From positions 31,545 through 95,544 of the forward strand of contig CAQFKO010000001.1 in assembly GCA_948787875.1 (NCBI GenBank): a stretch of DNA of 64,000 nt. The letters run 5' to 3'. This stretch comes from an uncultured Eubacteriales bacterium. Its GTDB lineage: Bacteria > Bacillota > Clostridia > Christensenellales > UBA1242. The notes beneath the pieces are model-generated. The model was not told where the DNA came from, searched no databases, and saw only the letters and a program-made list of their open reading frames with translations. Below, piece after piece: positions 35,547 through 44,067 of this stretch (the stretch's first letter is position 1; each line of letters opens with the position of its first letter). The translations under genes were made by a program, and so were the position numbers.

Positions 35547-36572
35547 ATGAAAGCCTTTGATAATAATAAATATAAAGAGCTTCAAAAAAAAGAATTAAAA
35601 GATCGCATGGAACGTTTTGGCAGACTTTATGTCGAAGTCGGCGGAAAACTTTTTGACGACAATCACGCAGCAAGAGTTCTTCCCGGCTTTGAGCCAAATG
35701 TTAAAATGCAAGTTTTCAGCGAACTTGCAAGCGAACTTGAAGTTATTTTTTGTATCAACGCAAATGATATAATTTATAAAAAAATGCGTGCAGATAACAA
35801 CCTTTCCTATGGTGACGAACTGCTAAGGCTTACCGACGCAATGAACGACCTTGGAATAAGTGTTTGCGGAGTTGTTATCACATTTTATGTTAATGACCCA
35901 CTTGTGTTTGAATTTGAACAAAAATGCAAGGCAAAAAATCTTTCGGTTTATCACACTTATTTTATTGACCATTATCCGCAAAATATTGATTCTATTTTAA
36001 GTAAAGATGGCTTCGGAAAAAATGACCATATCTTAGTTACAAAAAATCTTGTTTTGGTTGCAGCACCGGGCGCAAACAGCGGAAAAATGCAAACTTGCAT
36101 GAGTCAGCTTTATAACGATAAAATTAACGGAATAAAATCTTTTTATGCAAAATACGAAACCTTCCCCGTTTGGAATCTTCCGCTTGACCACCTTGTTAAC
36201 ATTGCTTATGAAATGGCAACTGCCGACCTATTGGACCAAAATGTTGTAGACAAATTTCATGAAGAGGCTTACGGTGAATTTGCGGTAAACTACAATCGTG
36301 ACGAAGCCGCTTTTCCGATAATGCGAGATATGCTTGTTGGACTTATGGGAAAAGAAATTTATAAATCACCAACAGATATGGGAATAAATAATGTGGGCTA
36401 TGCAATTGTTGACGATTTTGCGGTTCAAAAAGCGGCTTTTGAAGAAATTGCTAAGCGTCATGAAAAACATCTTGCACGCTTTGAAAACGGAACATTCTCC
36501 GAAGAAGCAATGAATCGCTCAGACGAACTTATGCAAAAGGCAATAGATATTTATGAAAATTTGATAAAATAA
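35547..36572 (+). CDS. UPF0371/DUF1846-family protein, short form
   Basis: LYVEVGGKLFDDNHAARVLPGFEPNVK, APGANSGKMQTC and YAKYETFPVWNLPLDHLVNIAYE match my recollection of UPF0371 proteins. It ends at 341 aa, directly before a strong terminator. Confidence 0.65.
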   Translation: MKAFDNNKYKELQKKELKDRMERFGRLYVEVGGKLFDDNHAARVLPGFEPNVKMQVFSELASELEVIFCINANDIIYKKMRADNNLSYGDELLRLTDAMNDLGISVCGVVITFYVNDPLVFEFEQKCKAKNLSVYHTYFIDHYPQNIDSILSKDGFGKNDHILVTKNLVLVAAPGANSGKMQTCMSQLYNDKINGIKSFYAKYETFPVWNLPLDHLVNIAYEMATADLLDQNVVDKFHEEAYGEFAVNYNRDEAAFPIMRDMLVGLMGKEIYKSPTDMGINNVGYAIVDDFAVQKAAFEEIAKRHEKHLARFENGTFSEEAMNRSDELMQKAIDIYENLIK

Positions 36573-36598
36573 AAACTACCGAATTCGGTAGTTTTTTT
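36571..36598. terminator. bidirectional terminator
   Basis: Palindrome CTACCGAATTCGGTAG flanked by A5 and T7, shared by convergent genes. Confidence 0.8.
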
Positions 36599-37337
36599 AT
36601 TCCCCTTTTTGACCAGCGATTGCAAACGCTTTTGTATCAGATTTTTTAAATCGTCCGCCTTTTGAAATAAACTGAGCAAAATCTCTGTTTAAAACATTAA
36701 TTTTTCCTCTGTTCAAAATCAAATAGTTTGGTTCTCTGTCCGATGTTTCAGATAAATCAATAGCATCATAGCCAAGTATTGTTGCAATCGCAGATGTGTT
36801 TCCGTTAAGCAAATTTACAACAACATTATATTCTTCCTTATTTGAGCTTTCTATAAAGTCAATAAAAGTTTGGGCTCTTTCGCTTAAACTTGATTTCTTT
36901 ACATTATAATCAGGGTCGTTTTTGCTGTAAATTATACTGAACATTACCAGCGACCTGCGAACTAAATCTATATAATGTATAATTTTGGGGTCTTTTAAAT
37001 AAAACTTTAAAATTCTGTCTTCACTTTCTTTGAAATTGCTGTAAGTAAAATTGAGCGCTATTTGTTTGTCTTTGCTTGAATAAATTCCTTGTCCGAAATT
37101 TCCGTTTCCCACAAAAAACTCATTAGCATCTTCAATCAAAAATTTTTCAATATATATTTTTTCAGTAAACCCTCTGTAATAAAACTCTTGGTTTTTTAAA
37201 TCTTCCAAAGTTTTCTTTTGAGGCACTTTTAAATATTCAAATTCTTTTGCTACAACCCCAAACACATTATTTTGAGGATTTTTTGAAAGTGTGTCAAAAA
37301 TATTATTAAGTCTTTTATTAAAATCTTGTTTTTCCAT
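36597..37337 (-). CDS. hypothetical protein with ADP-ribosyltransferase-like motif order
   Basis: Start moved to ATG 37337 (MEKQDFNKRL...), because the first 15 ORF-track codons are a perfect promoter. Motifs in order: FYYRGF, GQGIYSS, REPNYLILNRGKI. Confidence 0.5.
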   Translation of the reverse strand: MEKQDFNKRLNNIFDTLSKNPQNNVFGVVAKEFEYLKVPQKKTLEDLKNQEFYYRGFTEKIYIEKFLIEDANEFFVGNGNFGQGIYSSKDKQIALNFTYSNFKESEDRILKFYLKDPKIIHYIDLVRRSLVMFSIIYSKNDPDYNVKKSSLSERAQTFIDFIESSNKEEYNVVVNLLNGNTSAIATILGYDAIDLSETSDREPNYLILNRGKINVLNRDFAQFISKGGRFKKSDTKAFAIAGQKGE

Positions 37338-37343
37338 GACAAG

Positions 37344-37372
37344 ATTATAACCCATAAGCTTGATTTTGTCAA
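37344..37372 (-). promoter_or_regulatory. perfect TTGACA-17-TATAAT, 6 nt before the ATG (leaderless geometry)
   Basis: Minus strand reads TTGACA (37372-37367), 17 nt, TATAAT (37349-37344), cttgtc, then ATG at 37337. It lies directly after the hairpin AAGACGG/CCGTCTT at 37389-37408. Confidence 0.7.
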
Positions 37373-37411
37373 TATCGAGCAATTTTAAAAGACGGCAACA
37401 ACCGTCTTAAA

Positions 37412-38818
37412 TTATTTTTTTGATTGAGTTTTTACAATTTTTTTATGGCTAACAAGCAACCCTTCCAAAGGAGATTTTTCTTCCTCTTTTTTAGTTTCGG
37501 CGTTAACTATATTTTTGGTCTTTTTTGCCACCAACGGAGTCAAATCGCGCATATCTGCGTCTTCCGAAGTTGGCGACAACTTAATTTCTGCCCTCTTTGG
37601 CTTTTGATGTTCCGGCTTGACTTTTTCTACCTTCATTATTCTTGTTGTAACGGTTGGAGTGGCAGGATTTTTTGTTTCTTCGGCTGTCAACTTAGAAATA
37701 TCAATTTTGTGAAACATAGGTTCTTGAAGTTCTCTTTCGCCCTCGCTGATTACGCTGTAATCATGGCTGATTTTAGGTGTTTTGGAATTTATTAATTTTA
37801 ATTTCAAAGCCAAACTTTTTTCTTTTGGTTTCTTTATTTGTTTTTCGTCGGCAAAATCAAATATAGGCGCTTTATAAATGTTTTGATTAAGGTTATTGGT
37901 TTTCTTTGAATTTTCCTTAGTTGCAACATTTGTTTGAACCGAACCAAGCTGATATTGCTCGCCACTTAAATTAACTATTGTCGTTCCCAAAACCGAAGCC
38001 TCTTGCCCCTCGATATATTGAGCAACAAAACTGCAATCTTTTGTAAGTGTAAGATTTTCTCTGAAATTTTTCCACCCCACAAATCTAAAAACCTTTCCAT
38101 TTTGATTTTGCTTTACAGGCGGAGCAGGCGGAATAATAGGCGTGCCGTATATTGCCGTTCCCGTTGAAACCAACTCTCCGTTGCTGTCTAAAAATTTGTA
38201 AGTAAACTTTTTTGGAATTGCTTTATAAACCGCATAAACATTTTCATTTTTATAAAATGCGGTAATATCTTTGTCCCACCCTGCAAACACAAAGGAAAAC
38301 TCTTTTGAATCCTCTTTCTCAGGCACTACATCACCAAGATATATGCCCGAACCGAAATCTATTTCAAAACTTTTTAACAAAGTTTCTTTGTCGTCATTAT
38401 AAACATTAATGTAACACTTGTTTGTTCTTTGCAAAAAAATGGCTCTTACCAAAACATTGTCTTCACTGTCTTTGCCAAACTTTTCCCAGCCCAAAAACTC
38501 ATAAGAATATTTGCTGTTTGGTTCTTTGCTTGGAATAGGCAAAAATTCTGTTCCCGAATAGTTAAGGGCTTTGTTTGAATAAACCGTTTTGACCTTGTTG
38601 TTTGAAAAGAAATCGCCAACAGTTTCACAAGCCTTAAATAACCCATTTTTTATGCTTACAAAAAAACTTTTTACCGTTCTTTTTTTAACATCTACCCACC
38701 ACATAAAAAATAAAGTTATTGCCAGCGCCACAAGCACGCAAGCAGAAAAAGAGGCGGCAAAAACAACCCCGAAATTTGAACCGATTAAACTGACAAAATT
38801 ATTCATTAGTTTCACCAT
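37412..38818 (-). CDS. membrane-anchored InlB B-repeat (Listeria-Bacteroides repeat) protein with Lys-rich tail
   Basis: Three repeats end in YSYEFLGWEKF, FSFVFAGWDKD and VFRFVGWKNF. N-terminal TM. The start could instead be ATG 38806. Confidence 0.6.
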   Translation of the reverse strand: MVKLMNNFVSLIGSNFGVVFAASFSACVLVALAITLFFMWWVDVKKRTVKSFFVSIKNGLFKACETVGDFFSNNKVKTVYSNKALNYSGTEFLPIPSKEPNSKYSYEFLGWEKFGKDSEDNVLVRAIFLQRTNKCYINVYNDDKETLLKSFEIDFGSGIYLGDVVPEKEDSKEFSFVFAGWDKDITAFYKNENVYAVYKAIPKKFTYKFLDSNGELVSTGTAIYGTPIIPPAPPVKQNQNGKVFRFVGWKNFRENLTLTKDCSFVAQYIEGQEASVLGTTIVNLSGEQYQLGSVQTNVATKENSKKTNNLNQNIYKAPIFDFADEKQIKKPKEKSLALKLKLINSKTPKISHDYSVISEGERELQEPMFHKIDISKLTAEETKNPATPTVTTRIMKVEKVKPEHQKPKRAEIKLSPTSEDADMRDLTPLVAKKTKNIVNAETKKEEEKSPLEGLLVSHKKIVKTQSKK

Positions 38819-38907
38819 TTTTCTTATACTTATATTTTGCTATTTTTTGCGGTAATTGTCAAATAATAAACACACTAAATAATTTTAATTTAAAGCAGAT
38901 TTTTTAA

Positions 38908-38935
38908 ACAAAAAAGGCAAGCATTTTAGCTTGCC
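38908..38935 (-). terminator. rho-independent terminator after serS
   Basis: GGCAAGC (38916-38922) / GCTTGCC (38929-38935), followed on the minus strand by a T-run. Confidence 0.75.
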
Positions 38936-38946
38936 AAAATCATAAA

Positions 38947-40233
38947 CTATTTTTTTGTGTTAATAATGCTTGCCCCACCCATATATGGCCTAAGAGCTTC
39001 TGGAATGGTTATTGAACCATCTGCATTATAATTGTTTTCGAGAACCGCAATAAGCCCTCTTGGACTTGCAACAACGGTGTTGTTGAGCGTGTTTACCAAA
39101 TAGTTTCCGTCTTTGCCTTTTGCCCTTATATTAAGCCTTCTTGCCTGAGCATCGCCCAAGGTTGAGCAAGACCCAACTTCAAAATATTTCTTTTGTCTTG
39201 GTGACCAAGCTTCAATATCACAAGACTTAACTTTTAAGTCTGCAAGGTCGCCTGAGCAACACTCTAATGTTCTTACAGGAACATTCATATTTCTAAATAC
39301 TTCAACCGTATAGCTCCACATTTTGTTATACCAATCCATAGCTTCTTCGGCTTTGCAAAGCACAACCATTTCTTGTTTTTCAAATTGATGCACGCGATAT
39401 AAGCCTCTTTCTTCAAGCCCGTGAGCCCCGCCCTCTTTTCTAAAACAAGGAGAATAAGATGTTAAAGTTATAGGAAGTTCATCTTCTTTTATAATTTGAC
39501 CCGCAAATCTGCCAATCATTGAGTGCTCGCTTGTGCCGATTAAAAACAAATCTTCATTTTCAATTTTATACATCATGGCGTCCATTTCAGCAAAACTCAT
39601 AACGCCTGTTACAACATCACTGTGAATCATGAACGGAGGAATACAAAAAGTAAAGCCCTTGCCAATCATATAATCCCTTGCATAAGCAAGCATTGCTTCG
39701 TGAAGCCTTGCAATATCTCCCATCAAAAAATAAAATCCGTTGCCACTTGTTCTTCCCGCACTCTCTTTGTCTAAACCGCAAACAGCATCTAAAATATCTG
39801 CATGATAAGGAATTTCAAAATCATAAACCTTTGGCTCGCCGTATTTTTGATTTTCAACATTTTCACTGTCGTCTTTGCCGATTGGAACGCTTGAATCAAT
39901 GATGTTTGGAATTGTCATCATGATGGTTTTTATTTCTTCACTTATTTTTGCCTGTTTTTCTTCAAGTTCTGAAAGTTTTTCTGCGTCTGCTTTTACTTCT
40001 GCTTTAATTTTTTCTGCCTCATCAAACTTTTTTTCTCGCATAAGTTTTCCAACTTCGCCCGAAAGTTTGTTTCGATTTGCCCTAAGTTCGTCACCCTCTT
40101 GCTTATAAGCACGGTTTTGCTTGTCAAACTCAATAACCTTGTCAACAAGTTCTAACTTTTGGTCTTGAAACTTTTTCTTTATATTCTCTTTTACCAAATC
40201 AGGATTATTTCTTATTAAATTTATATCAATCAT
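38947..40233 (-). CDS. serS: serine--tRNA ligase
   Basis: MIDINLIRNNPDLVKENI N-terminus and class II motifs (FRKEGGAHG..., GSCSTLGDAQARRLNIR). AGGAG SD 7 nt before ATG 40233. The track start 40260 was rejected. Confidence 0.95.
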   Translation of the reverse strand: MIDINLIRNNPDLVKENIKKKFQDQKLELVDKVIEFDKQNRAYKQEGDELRANRNKLSGEVGKLMREKKFDEAEKIKAEVKADAEKLSELEEKQAKISEEIKTIMMTIPNIIDSSVPIGKDDSENVENQKYGEPKVYDFEIPYHADILDAVCGLDKESAGRTSGNGFYFLMGDIARLHEAMLAYARDYMIGKGFTFCIPPFMIHSDVVTGVMSFAEMDAMMYKIENEDLFLIGTSEHSMIGRFAGQIIKEDELPITLTSYSPCFRKEGGAHGLEERGLYRVHQFEKQEMVVLCKAEEAMDWYNKMWSYTVEVFRNMNVPVRTLECCSGDLADLKVKSCDIEAWSPRQKKYFEVGSCSTLGDAQARRLNIRAKGKDGNYLVNTLNNTVVASPRGLIAVLENNYNADGSITIPEALRPYMGGASIINTKK

Positions 40234-40340
40234 AAATGTTCTCCTATATAATCTAGCCATATAATAGCACTTTTATGATTGTTGTGCAATAAAAAAAACT
40301 CTAAAATAGAGTTTTTGATTGATGTTATTTATATTTTTTA

Positions 40341-40892
40341 TTAAACTTGTGTGATTTTTTTGATAACCTTGCCCGCTTCGATAACTTCGCCCGTATCTAT
40401 TTTTATATTGCCCTCAATGCACGCCCTTGCGCCCACTCTTACACCATTTCCAAGTTCGATTTTAGGCTTGTTTTTTTCGCATGGACCAGCAAGAATTGTC
40501 CCCGCACTTATTTTGCAATTTTTTCCAAGCGTTGCCCCGCAAATAACAGAGTTTGACCCAACCTCACAATGTTCTGAGATATGCGTATTTTTAAGCATTA
40601 CACCGCTTCCCATTCTTACAAAATCAGAAAGTTTTGTTCCGCCTTTTACACATGAATATGCCGAAATCGAACAACAAGAACCTATTTCCGAATTTTCTAT
40701 AAACGATGCAAAAACCTTTGTGCCCTTTCCGACTTTGCAATTACTCAAATAAGAATTAGGAAAAATTGTTACATTATCACCGATTTCACACGCCCCGTCT
40801 ATTCTTGTATTTTCATAAATAATAACATTTTCGCCAATAGTTGCCTTTGGGTCAATTACCACTCTGTTTTTATTTTTTAAAACAAAATTCAC
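40341..40892 (-). CDS. hexapeptide-repeat (left-handed beta-helix) acyltransferase-like protein
   Basis: 183 aa made almost entirely of [LIV]-G-x4 repeats. GTG start, exact start uncertain. Confidence 0.6.
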   Translation of the reverse strand: MNFVLKNKNRVVIDPKATIGENVIIYENTRIDGACEIGDNVTIFPNSYLSNCKVGKGTKVFASFIENSEIGSCCSISAYSCVKGGTKLSDFVRMGSGVMLKNTHISEHCEVGSNSVICGATLGKNCKISAGTILAGPCEKNKPKIELGNGVRVGARACIEGNIKIDTGEVIEAGKVIKKITQV

Positions 40893-41118
40893 CTTTTTTA
40901 TAATCCTTCCCTCCTTTTAGTGTATTGTATGAAAAATAATGAACTTTGTTTAAAAATTTTGTATAGTCATGAAAATATTACTTAAAAAGCTTGTAAATAC
41001 CGAAATTTTAATAAATTTAATAAAAATAACTTAAATTTGTTTGATTATTTTTTTAAATGTTGTTACACTATTTATAGTAAGTAAGCTTTAAAAAAGCAAA
41101 TTAGGAGGTATTACTTAT

Positions 41119-41397
41119 ATGAATAAAAATGAATTTTTAAGGACTATTGCAGACAAAACTGATTCGACAATCAAAGATGCAACCGCATTTTATGAAGCAT
41201 TTGTTGAAACCGTTAACGAAGCTATGAAGGCTAATGACAAAATCACATTAGTTGGCTTTGGAACATTTGTTGCAAAACTCAAAAAAGAAAGTGTTCGTCC
41301 AAATCCACAAAAACCGGGTGAAACAATCAGAGTTGCAGCTTGCAAAAATCCACAATTGAAATTCGGTCAAAGTTTTAAAGATGCAGTTAACAAATAA
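41119..41397 (+). CDS. hup: HU-family DNA-binding protein
   Basis: MNKNEF...GFGTF...NPQ..GE.I.V...K.P.FK.G..FKDAVN. AGGAGG SD. Confidence 0.9.
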   Translation: MNKNEFLRTIADKTDSTIKDATAFYEAFVETVNEAMKANDKITLVGFGTFVAKLKKESVRPNPQKPGETIRVAACKNPQLKFGQSFKDAVNK

Positions 41398-41401
41398 TAA
41401 A

Positions 41402-41428
41402 AATCCCATTAAGTTGGGATTTTTTTTG
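41402..41428 (+). terminator. rho-independent terminator after hup
   Basis: AATCCCA/TGGGATT stem followed by T8. Confidence 0.8.
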
Positions 41429-41519
41429 TGCCGAAAATTTTATAATAAAAATTGGCAATAAAAAAACGGACAATTTGCTTTTTTAGCATTGCCCGCTATT
41501 TTATTAAATTAAAATATTT

Positions 41520-41732
41520 TTATTTTGATAAAAATTCATTGATTTTTTCTACCATTAAATCAACATCAACACCGTGAACGGCAGCAGCCTCTTCCAAAGT
41601 TTCCATTTGACTCATTGGGCAACCGAAACAATGAAGACCAAAACCCATCAAAACTTCTTTTACGTTTGGGTTAAGATTTAATATTTCTCCGATTTGTGTG
41701 GTTTTATTGATTTCTACTTTTTTCTTTCTCAT
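41520..41732 (-). CDS. DUF1858 / hybrid-cluster-protein-associated redox disulfide domain protein
   Basis: TIGEILNLNPNVKEVLMGFGLHCFGCPMSQMETLEEAAAVHGVD with a CxxC motif. The ATG overlaps the upstream stop (TAATG), and a GGAGAG SD lies inside the upstream gene. Confidence 0.7.
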   Translation of the reverse strand: MRKKKVEINKTTQIGEILNLNPNVKEVLMGFGLHCFGCPMSQMETLEEAAAVHGVDVDLMVEKINEFLSK

Positions 41733-43999
41733 TATCTACTCTCCTTATATTTATTCATAGCGTCCATAAGCATCTTTAATTCTTTTTCAATTCTTTTTGA
41801 TTGACTTGCGGACAATCCCTCTTCGCTCTTTCTCATAAGTTTTTCTGCTCTTGCAAGAACTTCATTGAATTCTTTTTCCGAATTAATAGTTACCTCGTCG
41901 TCAAAAACTTGCTTTTTTGGACGACCTCTTTTTTTGCTTAAATCGTTTTCTTGTGTCATAACATCTTTTTCCTTGGTTTTATTTTGAGAAACTTTTTTTG
42001 CTCCCTCCGATTTTGACTTTGGCTCTGACCTTTGAACTTTTGGTTTTGGCTGTGAAACTTTTTGTTTTGGAGTTTCGTTTACAAATTCAAAATTTTCGGG
42101 ATCTTTGAAAGCATTGTAATTTTGTTGAGCTTGCACAAAGTTAGAAGGAACATCTAAGTTTTGAGAAAAATTATTATAGCCGTATTGTGATTGAATAAAA
42201 TCTTTTTGGTCAACGTACGCAGGTTGCCCCGACAGATAACTTGCATTGTAAGGGGTTGAATTTGCAGGATTAAAACCGTTAGCATAACTCTCGTTAGAGT
42301 CAAGCATAAATTCTTTTAGCGTGCTTGACCTGCTGTTTCTCCTTGTTATTGGAGCATTGTGTTCTATTACAACGCCACCGTTAGAAAGTTTTGATTTTTT
42401 TGATTTAAAATCACCAACAATATTTGCAAGTTTTTCTGCCTCTGATTCTTCTTGAACAATAAATTCTTTTTTATTTTGCGTTTCTGGCTCAACAGGTTTG
42501 ATTTCTTCTTTTTCTGGCAATATTTCTGTTTTGGGCTCTTCTATTTCTTCGATTTGCTCTTCTGTTTCCAAACCATTTTGAGAATCTTGAAGTTCTTCAC
42601 TTTCTTCTTGCTGAGAAATTTCTTCGTCTTTCTCTGCTTCATAATTGTCTAGTTCTTCAAAAAAATTAAATCCAGAATTTTCAATTTCTTCGTCTTCTTC
42701 ATCAAAAATATCATTTTCTTTTGGCTGTTCAAGTTGTTCAAAGTCGTCGTTTTGTTCTTGCTTATTTGATTGCTCCAAATCGCTTTCAATTGTTTCCTTT
42801 TTAACCTCTTCGGTTAAATCGGATTCATTATTTTCAGTTTTTTCCTCTAACTCTTCCTCTATGTCTTCTTGCGAGGGTTCCTCTTCTTTTTCGGTTTCTG
42901 ACTCTTGCGCTTTTTTAACGCTGTTCATGTCTTGAATAACACCAAGCACAGTGCTTCCGTTATCTGTGTCAGAAACTATTTTTGAAAGACTTGGGTCTTC
43001 GTCATCTTTTATTACATAATCACTGTCAACATTAATAAATGGCAAAATTTTTGATGTTGAAGGAACTTCGTTTAATGAACTTACATCAATATTTTTCTTT
43101 TTGAAAACATCATATTTGTCTAACACATCTTGCTCTTCTTCGGCATAAAGTTCATTGTTATCTTGCAAAGTTTGCTTACTTTCATTTTCTGCCTCAACAT
43201 CATTTTGATTGTCGATTTCGTCTTCCGAACTATTTTTGTTAAATTGATCTTCTTCAAAAGAACTTTCTTGTTTAAGATTTTCTAAGTTGTCAAAATTATT
43301 CAAACTTTTTGTGTCTTCGGTTTTTGATATTTCTTCTTTTACGGCAGAAAAAGGTTCTGCAACTTTTTGTTTTGGTTCAAATTGTTTCTTTTCAAAAATA
43401 TCGTCTAAAACATCAATTAGGTCATAGAAAATTTCTATGTCTAATTTATAAAATTGATGTCTTACAATTGTGTAAAGATAATAAAAAATTTTAAGAACGC
43501 AGAAAAACAAAATCGGAAGAACCGAACATTCAACTATAAGCGAAAAAGTAATGGCATTTTCTCCGCCATGATAAGCAAGATTTAAAACCAGCAAAATAGT
43601 TGTGAAAAGCCAAATAAATGATTTCATTAACGACTTGCCTTGATTTAAAACACCGCCACTGATTTCACTATCTAGTGCATCATACCTTGAAATATAATCC
43701 GAAGGCTTGCCACTGCTTACGGAAGAAAAGCGCTTCCAGCCCTGAGCAAATCCAACCGAAATTTTCTTAGAATATTTTTTCACTAAATCTGCTTTATCTG
43801 CTATATTTGACTTATTTTTAAGCAAACTATACAATTTTACTGAATTTGTATAAAATTTTCGCTGAAAACTGCAAATAAGCGAACAAACCACCCACAGCAA
43901 AAATATACCGATTGCAATAAGTGCAAGATACATCATTCTTTGCGGAGTTATAAGACCTACTATAACTTTTATGAGCGTTATTAAATAATCATATCCCAT
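41732..43999 (-). CDS. polytopic membrane protein with long acidic disordered region and C-terminal AT-hook-like motif
   Basis: 755 aa. About 200 aa of N-terminal TM region, about 350 aa of Glu/Asp/Gln-rich low complexity, then KKRGRPKK and a helical tail. AGAGAGG SD. Confidence 0.6.
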   Translation of the reverse strand: MGYDYLITLIKVIVGLITPQRMMYLALIAIGIFLLWVVCSLICSFQRKFYTNSVKLYSLLKNKSNIADKADLVKKYSKKISVGFAQGWKRFSSVSSGKPSDYISRYDALDSEISGGVLNQGKSLMKSFIWLFTTILLVLNLAYHGGENAITFSLIVECSVLPILFFCVLKIFYYLYTIVRHQFYKLDIEIFYDLIDVLDDIFEKKQFEPKQKVAEPFSAVKEEISKTEDTKSLNNFDNLENLKQESSFEEDQFNKNSSEDEIDNQNDVEAENESKQTLQDNNELYAEEEQDVLDKYDVFKKKNIDVSSLNEVPSTSKILPFINVDSDYVIKDDEDPSLSKIVSDTDNGSTVLGVIQDMNSVKKAQESETEKEEEPSQEDIEEELEEKTENNESDLTEEVKKETIESDLEQSNKQEQNDDFEQLEQPKENDIFDEEDEEIENSGFNFFEELDNYEAEKDEEISQQEESEELQDSQNGLETEEQIEEIEEPKTEILPEKEEIKPVEPETQNKKEFIVQEESEAEKLANIVGDFKSKKSKLSNGGVVIEHNAPITRRNSRSSTLKEFMLDSNESYANGFNPANSTPYNASYLSGQPAYVDQKDFIQSQYGYNNFSQNLDVPSNFVQAQQNYNAFKDPENFEFVNETPKQKVSQPKPKVQRSEPKSKSEGAKKVSQNKTKEKDVMTQENDLSKKRGRPKKQVFDDEVTINSEKEFNEVLARAEKLMRKSEEGLSASQSKRIEKELKMLMDAMNKYKESR

Positions 44000-44067
44000 A
44001 GTTAACCTCTCTACTATTTAAATATAACATAACGCTTAAAAAAACACTAATAAATTACGCATAAAAA

